Below, one piece after another: positions 53,724 through 64,000 of a DNA stretch of 64,000 nt (its first letter is position 1; the number at the start of each line of letters is the position of its first letter). The stretch comes from Octopus sinensis (taxonomy: Eukaryota). The position numbers and the translations under genes were made by a program. The notes below the pieces were generated by a model, which was given only the letters and a program-made list of their open reading frames with translations, was not told the origin of the DNA and ran no database searches. The stretch is from assembly GCF_006345805.1 (NCBI RefSeq), contig NC_043000.1, forward strand, positions 158,782,001 to 158,846,000, given 5' to 3'.

Positions 53724-53799
53724 CTTTCCTCGAGTTTGTGCACGGTTGGGTGAGAATCAACGCATGCAAATATACAAATGCCAAGATAATAATAAACAT
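53724..53799 (-). CDS. Candidate signal-peptide exon (MFIIILAFVYLHALILTQPCTNSRK)
   Basis: ATG, hydrophobic core, polar c-region, and a consensus phase-1 donor AAG|GTGAGT. Confidence 0.4.
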
Positions 53800-54234
53800 T
53801 TGGAAATCACTCTTATAGCTTAATGGGTGTTTTTATGGATGAGGATTGAAAGGATTGTTATGCTTCATTCTAAACCTCTGTAACGCCTGTTATGGAACAG
53901 CTATAGTCTAACTAATTTAAGAACTTTGAATGAAATATGTCAGTACAAATTTAGCAATAGCGAAACACTATCATTAAAACGATGGGGAGCACTTACGCAA
54001 CTGAAATTCATGTGAGAAAATAATATATACATTCAAAATTTCAACATTTACCTTAGCGTAATCAGGAGTATTGCTTCTAGAAAGTGTAGAAGAGTCACTT
54101 ATCTGTCATCGATCAGTAAAGTGTTGACGAGAACCTCTTCTACTATAAATAATCTTTCATACAGATGACTCTGTGGTTTTTCAAATTGATGATTTATGGA
54201 GTGTATACAACGCCACTGGTTGGTAAATACATGT

Positions 54235-54697
54235 TGGAGGAGAGAGGATGGACGTTTTTGAAAAATTCCCAAAATCGTTAATTTTAGCTGCAAAGAAATT
54301 TTATTGACATCAATGTGTTCGTATTGAACTTGCATTTGTCAAAAATCGAGTGTGGAAAGCAACATCCATAGTGTGCTGTCCGTTTTCATTGATGCATTTC
54401 TGAAAGCGTTCTTGAAAGTTGGCCTCCACTCTCTCCAGCATTGTTCTCTCGGATTTTCAACAGTCCACTAACGACAGCTCTGTTGCTTCACCATGCATTT
54501 TAAGATGAAAATAGGCTTCATCACTCATTAGTAAAATGAGGTTATCATTTGCCTCAAAAATTGCTTCCATCTGACGTGAGAAGTTAAGCCTCTGTGCATA
54601 GTCCTATAGTTTCAATTGTTGCCAAATGACCAACTTGTACGGGTGGAAATGCTGGTATTCATGCAAAATACACCTTCCCAAACGGTTACCAATGCCA
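54235..54697 (-). mobile_element. Tc1/mariner-like internally deleted transposase with TIR
   Basis: ILHEYQHFHPYKLVIWQQL..DYAQRLNFSRQM...LLMSDEAYFHL joined to RVEANFQERFQKCINENGQH. AGAGAGGATGGACGTTTTT resembles the TIR at 52092. Confidence 0.7.
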
Positions 54698-56135
54698 GTA
54701 AAATTTTCGGTGAACATTTACGAAAAATATTTGGGTAAAATTTACGGTGAAAATTTTTGAAAAATGTTTGTGGAAATTTCCGAAAAATTTTTGGGTAAAA
54801 TTTTCGATGAACATTTTCGAAAAATTTTTGGGTAAAATTTTCGGTGAACAATTTCGAAAAATTTTTGGGTAAAATTTTCAGTGAAAATTTTCGAAAACTT
54901 TTTTTAAAATTTTCGGGTAAAATTTTCGGTGAACATTTACGAAAAATATTTGGGTAAAATTTTCGGTGAAAATTTTTGAAAAATGTTTGTGGAAATTTCC
55001 GAAAAATTTTGGGGGAAAATTTTCGAAAAATTTTTGGGTAAAATTTTCTGTGAAAATTTTCGAAAAATATCTGGGCAAAATTTTTGAAAAATTTTTGATG
55101 AAAATTTTCGAAAAATTTTTGGGTAAAATTTTCGGTGAACAATTTCGACAAATTTTTGGGTAAAATTTTCAGTGAAAATTTTCGAAAACTTTTTGAAAAA
55201 TTTTTGGGTAAAATTTTCGGTGAAAATTTTTGAAAAATGTTTGTGGAAATTTCCGAAAAATTTTTGGGTAAAATTTTCGATGAACATTTTCGAAAAATTT
55301 TTGGGTAAAATTTTCGGTGAACAATTTCGAAAAATTTTTGGGTAAAATTTTCAGTTAAAATTTTCGAAAACTTTTTTAAAATTTTCGGGTAAAATTTTCG
55401 GTGAACATTTACGAAAAATATTTGGGTAAAATTTTCGGTGAAAATTTTTGAAAAATGTTTGTGGAAATTTCCGAAAAATTTTGGGGGAAAATTTTCGAAA
55501 AATTTTTGGGTAAAATTTTCTGTGAAAATTTTCGAAAAATATCTGGGCAAAATTTTTGAAAAATTTTTGATGAAAATTTTCGAAAAATTTTTGGGTAAAA
55601 TTTTCGGTGAACAATTTCGACAAATTTTTGGGTAAAATTTTCAGTGAAAATTTTCGAAAACTTTTTGAAAAATTTTTGGGTAAAATTTTCGGTGAAAATT
55701 TTTGAAAAATGTTTGTGGAAATTTCCGAAAAATTTTTGGGTAAAATTTTCGATGAACATTTTCGAAAAATTTTTGGGTAAAATTTTCGGTGAACAATTTC
55801 GAAAAATTTTTGGGTAAAATTTTCAGTTAAAATTTTCGAAAACTTTTTTAAAATTTTCGGGTAAAATTTTCGGTGAACATTTACGAAAAATATTTGGGTA
55901 AAATTTTCGGTGAAAATTTTTGAAAAATGTTTGTGGAAATTTCCGAAAAATTTTGGGGGAAAATTTTCGAAAAATTTTTGGGTAAAATTTTCTGTGAAAA
56001 TTTTCGAAAAATCTTTGGTGAAAATTTTCGAAAAGTTTTTGGGCAAAATTTTCGAAAAACTTTTGGGTAAAATTTTCGGTGAACAATTTTCGAAAATTTT
56101 CAGCGAAATTTTCCTCAAATTTTCGAAAATTTTCC
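54698..56135. repeat. Satellite with 472-bp higher-order repeat
   Basis: Built of GAAAATTTTC / TTTTCGAAAA palindromic decamers and GGGTAAAATTTTC. The marker TGTTTGTGG occurs at 54765, 54984, 55238, 55456, 55710 and 55928 (spacings 219, 254, 218, 254, 218). Confidence 0.95.
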
Positions 56136-57133
56136 CGGAGCTACAAATAGATTTATGTTATGTCTAAAAATAGAATTTTAGTTGGCTGCTGCTGCTGCTT
56201 TCTGAGTATATATAGAGTGCATTCTAGTTTACTACTACAGTCAAGATGCCTCACCATCAACGATACACCAGATTCTGCTTTACACTTGAAAACTATGAAA
56301 ATTCACCGAAAATTTTTTGATTAATTTTATTTCTATGTATTGGCTTACGATTTTCACTGTTTGATTTGCCTAATAGTGGTTTTATCTCCAATTTAATATA
56401 ATATATATGTATATATATATATATATATCGGCAAAATATATCGATGGAATATATATCGGCAAAATATATCGATGAAAATATATCGACTTCCTCGACTAAA
56501 AGACGGTGCCCCAGTATGGCCATAGACAAATGATTGAAACAAGTAAAATAGTAAAAGATATAGCTAAGCAGAAAGATAGATTTCGAGGAGAATAGGAATA
56601 TAGCTAAAGCGGCAGGAGTTCTATTTTGATTGACGATTACGTGAATCTACTGAACAATGATGCTGAGGTCGCAGGAGTTGCCTGAGATTACGATAACATA
56701 ATTACATTCTTATGAATTGCTAAGCGCAAAAATGTATGTGTAAATTGTGTATGTGTGCGTGCGTGCGTTCCTCTATGTGTATGTGTGTGTGTGTTAGTTG
56801 TATGCCAATAATAATTTCGAGCCTGAAGATATATCTCTTGGATTTTATGTAAAAGTGTAAATCAGTGTGGATTTTTTGCTTGCTCTCAAATAGATTAATG
56901 GTATTGATAATTGTTTAGATTCTCATAAATTATTATTCATATATGAACAGGTTGAATAGCAGCCAATAAAACATAATTAACAACACTCATAGAGAACTAC
57001 TCATATATACGTATTCATTCACATGTACAACATATTGATGTGTGCTTGTACACATACATGTTTACATTTTTTATATACATGCATAGACATATACTTGCAG
57101 AGGTACATATATACATTTTTTATGTATATATAT

Positions 57134-57164
<31 letters not shown>

Positions 57165-57169
57165 TTGTG

Positions 57170-57212
<43 letters not shown>

Positions 57213-57221
57213 ATATGTATA

Positions 57222-57264
<43 letters not shown>

Positions 57265-57274
57265 TATATTTGTG

Positions 57275-57321
<47 letters not shown>

Positions 57322-57394
57322 GTATATATATATATATGTATATATATATGTATATATATATATATGTATATATATATTATATGTATATATATAT

Positions 57395-57425
<31 letters not shown>

Positions 57426-57943
57426 TATGTGAGTATATACAGATATATATGTATATATATATATATATATATATAATATGTATATATATACATGTATATA
57501 AATATATATATATATATGTATTACGTATATGTCTATGCAACCTATTTTGCGCTCTATCTGTATTCGTGCATATACATGAATCCCCATTTCCTGTGGTACT
57601 TATTGATTAGCTAAAATCCGAAGGTGATGTTACTGTTTAATTTAAAATACACCTACGAGTTCGGTAATAAAAAAAGTTAATATACTTCGCCGTTTATGAC
57701 CCAGAAAATTACGACCGGAAATGTGACTCAATAAAATAAAGGCATCTATATTTTCTGTAAAGAATAGTAGAATACATGACGGGAAATAACTTTATAAATT
57801 ATGAATACAGTTAAAATGAAATCCGGACTTGTCGCCCCAGTGTAAAATGTAATCATCTCGTTATCTGTTGGGGCATCTGAAAGTGTTTCTGGCTTTATCT
57901 GTCTCTCTCCTACAAGCACATGCATTCATACATACATACACAC

Positions 57944-57976
<33 letters not shown>

Positions 57977-58293
57977 TCAAATGTATTTATACATATGAAC
58001 GTGCGTGTTCGCGCGTGTGTGTGCGTTTGTGTGTGTGTGTGTGCGTGCGTATGTGTGTGCGTTTGTGTGTGTATGTGTGTGTGTGTATGTGTGTGCGTGT
58101 GTGTGTCCTTTCGTGGAAGACAGAAATATATAAACTTAAATTAAGCGGTCTGATGAACGGGGACAGGAGAGCAATTCTCTTATTCATTTACACATTTGAA
58201 CATAGATGCACAGACACACAGACAGACACACTGGAACACTTACGCGTGCGCGCAGTGAAAGCTTACAAGCATGCATACACACTGACATACGTA

Positions 58294-58340
<47 letters not shown>

Positions 58341-58344
<4 letters not shown>

Positions 58345-59172
58345 GTAAATTAATGTTACCATTATTCAATAGCCAAGATAAAACTCTGAGTTTCGGATGC
58401 CGAAGTAGAAATCCACAACACCATCTCTTCGGTTATCTGGCCATCTGAAAAAACGTTGTGAAAAAATACCGTTATTCAAAGGGAAATTACTGTGTTATAA
58501 TTCCGCTACTTATATAAATTAAGGTTAAAAGTTCATAGTAAACCCGTAAGCATGGCTCTTCATTCGCTCATATGTGCACTCGCGCATCCACTTGCGTACG
58601 TATATGTCACTATGAAAACGTACACGCCTTCACTCGCATTTTTCGTCAAATGTATACGCATATATATACAAACTCATACACACACGCGCGCATAAGAATA
58701 CATATATATAGACGTTTTTAATTAGTATTTTTACAATTCTTTCCGGTTTTTTTTTGGTGGGGCGTATATATGAGTTTGTATATATATGCATATACATTTG
58801 GCGAAAAATGCGAGTAAAGATGTGTACGTTTTCATAGTGACGTATACGTTACGCACGTGGATGCGCGAGCGCACACATGAGCGTATGGGTAGCCATGTTT
58901 ACGTGTTTACTATGAACTTTTAACCTTAATTTATATAAGTAGCGGAATTATAACACAGTAATTTCCCTTTATATAACGGTATTTTTTGTTAGCGTTTTTT
59001 CACATGGCCAGATAACCGAAGAGATGGTGTTGTGGATTTCCACTTCGGCATCCGAAATTCAGAGTTTTATTTTTGCTATTGAATAATGGTAACATATTAA
59101 TTTACAGATAAATTTCCTCTATTCACATAATATTGAGTACTCTTTCTTTCTTTTGTTATCTTACCGTTTTTA

Positions 59173-59177
<5 letters not shown>
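58341..59177. mobile_element. Inverted pair of the same PLE terminal module as 25324-26670, without ORF
   Basis: Arms 58341-58680 and 58768-59109 are homologous to 25324-25595 and 26304-26586. The arms differ by several substitutions. Confidence 0.8.
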
Positions 59178-59213
<36 letters not shown>

Positions 59214-59476
59214 TCTATTACAGTGTATGCGCGTTTGAAAATGGCAGTGAAAGATTGAAACTCATAGCTCATCTGCCACGGAGGCAATTATCCTTGTCGT
59301 CTCATGGTACTACGTCGCTTGTTGCACCCGTGATAGCTATATTAGGATGGTGTGAGATGTCAGAAAGAAGGGAACAAAAATATACAACGTTGACGGAAGC
59401 CTTCAGGCAACTATATGTAACAGTTCTATATTCATGCGCACATATATACATACATGCATATGTTTGAGCATTTGTC

Positions 59477-59527
<51 letters not shown>

Positions 59528-60109
59528 TTTCGACTAGACAGGATAAAGCAATGTTCTCTGTGCAAATATATCTCATTTTACACAACAGGAAGAGCGGGAA
59601 GTTTCAGAACATTGACTTGAACAACGTGCACGATAGAAACTTCAGACTGAGTGAAGTGAATTTTGTGATTGAGACCACGGTGGCTGTAGTTCAGTAACGA
59701 ACTGAGAGTAATAGATGAAATTAGAAAGATGTATGGTGTGTGTGGGGGGGGTGAGAGAGAGAGACCACACAGACAGACAGAGAAGGGGAGTAAATGTGAG
59801 AGTGAGTAGGTTAAACATGTCATAAACATTGGGCAATGAAAATATATAAAGTAGGAATCATGATTGGCTGTGAGAACAGGACAGCAAGATATCATTACGG
59901 AAGAGGAAAAGAGAGAATCATATGAGCGAGAGTGGAAAGCGTGTACAGATAAATAGTAAGAGTCGGATACTGTGTGCGCTGGAAATCTAGTAATGAAAAT
60001 GAAAGTGAAATATGTAAAATATAAACGGAAAAATGTCTACGTGAAAAGAAGCACGGAACAGCTCTCATCAGGTGTGTGCCTAGTTTCATCACGCTTAAAT
60101 TCTATACAG

Positions 60110-60176
<67 letters not shown>

Positions 60177-60287
60177 CAGATTGATAGATAGATTGAGAGA
60201 GAGTGAGAGAGAGAGGATGGGGCAGACAAACAGACAGATAGACAGATAGGATAGATAAACAATACATAGACAGACATATAACTAGAT

Positions 60288-60361
<74 letters not shown>

Positions 60362-60648
60362 TAAAGACAGAAGTGAATGAATGTGAGGCCAACAGATAAT
60401 GGAATGTGTATCCGTGTGTATGCATGTTTTCCTGGCTGTGTATATGTATTATTCGTAAATGCAAACAATTCGTGTGTTTTTTCCATTTATTTTAATCCTT
60501 TCCAAGTCTATTTGGATTAACTTTAAACATATTTTTATCGTAATGCTTTATGGCTTTCATCTAAAAAAAAAAAACATGCTTAACGCTTTCAAATTTAAAT
60601 AAATTTCACTATGTTGCAGTAGTATGACGATGGTATACTTAGTAGCGA

Positions 60649-60882
60649 AAAGGCGACGAGCAGGCAGAAACGTTAGCACGACGGGCGAAATTCTTTGCGG
60701 TATTTCGTCTGCCGCTACGTTCTGAGTTCAAATTTCGCCGAGGTCGACTTTGCCTTTCATCTTTTCTGGGTCGATTAAATAAGTACCAGTTACGCACTGG
60801 AGTGGATATAATCGACTTAATCCGTGTGTCTGTCCTTGTTTGTCCCCTCTTTGTTTAACCCCTTGTGGGTAGTAAAGAAATA
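60649..60882 (+). mobile_element. Full-length SINE family S3 with 17-bp TSD
   Basis: GGTATACTTAGTAGCGA at 60632-60648 and 60883-60899. Confidence 0.9.
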
Positions 60883-61580
60883 GGTATACTTAGTAGCGAG
60901 GAGCGGGGAGCGAACATATTTATTAGACAACCCAATATTTGACGGTTATGACGAAGAACTCATGAATAGCATGTGGTAAATCGAACGTTTATGCATTTTT
61001 ACATTTGTTGAAATATCCACCGGTCCGAAATTTGTTCTCTACTACTTAGCACACATAATCTGTTAACATTTCAACCCTACCTCATTTTTTAGTAAATCCT
61101 TTGCTAACTGTATTGTATTGAAATAAATCTAAATACTTTGCGATAAAATATTTTCTTTTGTCCTTCTACACTAATTACGAACTCATAACATAATTAGTGT
61201 GTTGATAATATAAACCATTCTAAAAAAAATTACTAAAATTCAAATAATACTTTTTACATCTAAGATCCAATAATTATTCAATTAAACAATTAATATATAT
61301 GCTATTGAACTATGATTGTTTGAATTATTCAATTGTTTACATTCAATATCAATATTAACAAAAAGATATAATTTAATTTTCCAATTTATTGTTTCAGCTA
61401 GTGCACGTAGTGTTTTTTACGAAATATATAATGCATATTTCTATACTTACAAACATTCTACCTACTTATAGGATTTTCGGAGAAAAATTTGAATCTAATA
61501 TTTAATTTATTGCTTAGTTATATGTATGTCTATTTATGCGTATATGTGTGTGTGTGTGTTTGAGAGAAGAGAGAGAGAGA

Positions 61581-61619
<39 letters not shown>

Positions 61620-62290
61620 TGTGTCTATGTGTTTGAAAGTGTGCTTTTTTCCTTATTTATATTTTTGTAAAATAAAGCCGTGGTTATGTTTTGGACCATT
61701 CTTGGACTTGGCTGTTTTAAAGACGGTGTTATAACAACCCCAACCATCACTTCCCACTCGTAAAGCAAATTTGTCTGCATGTTTTTGACATAACTGGAAC
61801 AACTGATAGTATCACGTACATGCTAGAATTAGTTGTACTTATATCTAAAGTCATATCTGAGAAAGGCGTTTCAAACAATGCTGTGTCATAAACAGTTGGA
61901 CATTTTGATATAGAACACTACGTCTTTCAACAATAGAGTACATCTAAATTTCATTAGTCGCGTTACTAATTAATCAAGAAGCTTATATTTAAACAGAAGG
62001 CGCAGTATGACAGAGAGGTTGTGTTGCTTACAAGAGTTCCTGTGCCCTCGAGTTCGATAAATTCTTGTGGAAATCAGACAAATGTCTGCAAGAAGAGCCG
62101 ACGTTAAGAACTAGTATTGTCACTGAAATTGGAAAGGTGAAATAATTGTAAATCTCGTTATATTGAATATATCTATGAAGAAACCGGACACATTTATCAC
62201 ACTGTGCTTGGATGGATTTTCCCAGAGGTTTACATGAAAAATATGCATTAAAAGAGTAAATTAAATGCATTTTAATTAAGTAGTTAGTTA

Positions 62291-62809
62291 CCGTGAATCT
62301 TTGAGTATAGTCCGCTCTTGAGTATAATACGCAGGGGATATTTAGGGGGCTGTACCCCTAAAAGACCTAAACCTTGTGTATAATACGCACTCCTTCTCTA
62401 TCTTGAGCCGTGCGTAATTAAGCCAGCAGCACCTAGTCGAACAAACACTTCCGCGCATGCGTAATGCAATAATGGTGATTTTCTCAACTGTTATATGGGA
62501 ATATATGTTTGCAAATTGTTTTTGTTACATGTTATTCTGTGTTCTGAATACTTTTATTTTAATAAATGTTGCTTACTGCAAGTTATGGATGATTCTTTTA
62601 TGACTTCATTGCTTTCAGGCTTAGCTTAAGGGATTTTCGCGCCCAACATAACAAAATGTGTTTGAATAAACATTGCCGGAAAGCAAATAGAGACTCGGAC
62701 ATTGCTTAGAAAATAATTTTCATTTTTAACCTCGTATATAGTACGCACTGGGAATTTTGACCTTTAAATTTTGGGAAAAAAAGTGCGGATTATACTCGAA
62801 GATTTACGG
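62291..62809. mobile_element. pogo/Tc2-like MITE, 519 bp
   Basis: TA|CCGTGAATCTTTGAGTATAGTCCGC ... GCGGATTATACTCGAAGATTTACGG|TA gives about 25-bp TIRs and a TA TSD. Non-coding. Confidence 0.85.
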
Positions 62810-63741
62810 TACAGGGAAAATAGGAAAATTTGTTCTTATTGAAATCAGCTGAAGGTCCATTTCGATCTCCAATACATATTCTGAAAATCCTTCAGCAAGT
62901 CATTAACGTCAGAAAATAAAACGTGGAAGACGTAGCACATACGAGACATAAGACTCTCAGAAATGTAATATTTCGCCCCTGCTCTGTCTTCTACTCCAAC
63001 ACCATAATATAGAGGGTGGGTCAAAAGTCACGCACCCAAACCATTTGACATTTTATTTATATTACGTCGTTTTTATTATTACTCTTCATTTTGCTCTTTA
63101 TATACAAGTACGTGCGTATTCAACATTATTTTATTTCTTCTATTCAATGTCGGGAAAATTGAAGCGTATCGCAGACAATTGTAGAGCGCGTTGAACATAT
63201 TTTGTGCGTGAATTTTTACCCACCTTGTATTGTTTTTTTCATTCATTTTTTCTTAGTTTTAATGCATACGCCTATTCTCTCTCACTCTCCCTCTCTCATT
63301 CTCCCCGTCTCTCTATTTCTTTCATCTTCTAAAAGGAGTGAGAGATTATGTAAGAGAGAGACTGAAAGATCTGAGACAGTAGAAGATTTCGATTTATACA
63401 TGTATATTTGAATAGACAGAAACAAAGCACAAATATTCACATACATAGACACACACATACTTCCATCTATTATGTAATATATATATATATATATGGACTG
63501 TTAGTTCATTCAGCAATTGAACCGTAGCACTTAGGGATTCGCAGCCTTGATGAGGCTCCGCCTTTTGTCGAACGAAGAATTTATTCTCTAGGTCTCTTTT
63601 ACCGAAAGTTACAGGACGTAACTGACTGTGAAGCGCTGGTGGGAGACAAATAGACACACAAAGACATACAAACACGTATGAATGTATTTATGAATGTTAT
63701 GTATATAAATAAATAAATAAATAAATATATATATATATATA

Positions 63742-64000
63742 ATTGCAGCGTGGTAAGCGAGCACAACATAAGCCGAGGAAAAGGTATAAAAACTGTGTGA
63801 AGGAAAACCTGAAGAAACTAGATATGAACAAAAGTGATTGGGAAACTGATGCTCTAGATCGGAACAAGTGGAGAGGTGCTGTTAGGAATGGTTGCAATGC
63901 CTGGGAGGAGATGATTCAGCACTCTGAACCGCAAAGGACCTGTCTCAAAAGAACAATTGGAACTGTGATCAACAGTGAACATTGGATATGTATTATATGT
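63742..64000 (+). mobile_element. RTE/BovB-like LINE C-terminal fragment
   Basis: LQRGKRAQHKPRKRYKNCVKENLK...WETDALDRNKWRGAV matches the GKR..G...KRYKD..K...WE..A.DR..WR tail. Confidence 0.7.

Noticed and set aside
54612-56118. 312-aa and 255-aa minus-strand ORFs
   Set aside because: Satellite-derived FSKIF/ENF periodicity, overlapping in several frames, with no domain.
54698-56135. CRISPR-like array
   Set aside because: No unique spacers, and the context is eukaryotic.
59586-59697. Possible terminal exon KSGKFQNIDLNNVHDRNFRLSEVNFVIETTV
   Set aside because: Plausible acceptor only, with no upstream exon or homology.
60040-60095. GAAACTAG...CTGATGAGAGC as a type II/III hammerhead
   Set aside because: No U16.1-H17 and no closing helices.

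Overview
This is AT-rich, non-coding eukaryotic DNA, most likely from an octopod cephalopod; that is inferred from the SINE families and the extreme (TA)n/(CA)n/(TAA)n/(TAGA)n load. I cannot support any intact host gene. The only candidate is a two-exon, 85-aa secreted peptide on the minus strand (53799-50161). Mobile-element debris dominates the window: at least five tRNA-headed SINE families, a cluster of R4/Dong-like RLE retrotransposon pieces in (TAA)n arrays (about 31.9-42 kb), RTE and CR1 3' ends, Helitron non-autonomous copies, decayed Chapaev3-like and Tc1/mariner transposases, a pogo/Tc2-like MITE, a 5S rRNA pseudogene and a 1.4-kb higher-order satellite. The strongest unexplained signal is a set of type I hammerhead-ribozyme (HHR) motifs from several unrelated sequence families, some with canonical and some with variant cores. 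They sit in Penelope-like (PLE) terminal modules next to (TA)n and form about ten fold-back or inverted duplications. One HHR lies in each unit of an 848-bp non-coding tandem repeat, which is a retrozyme-like architecture. All family assignments come from motifs I recognised by eye, and no search or folding software was run.
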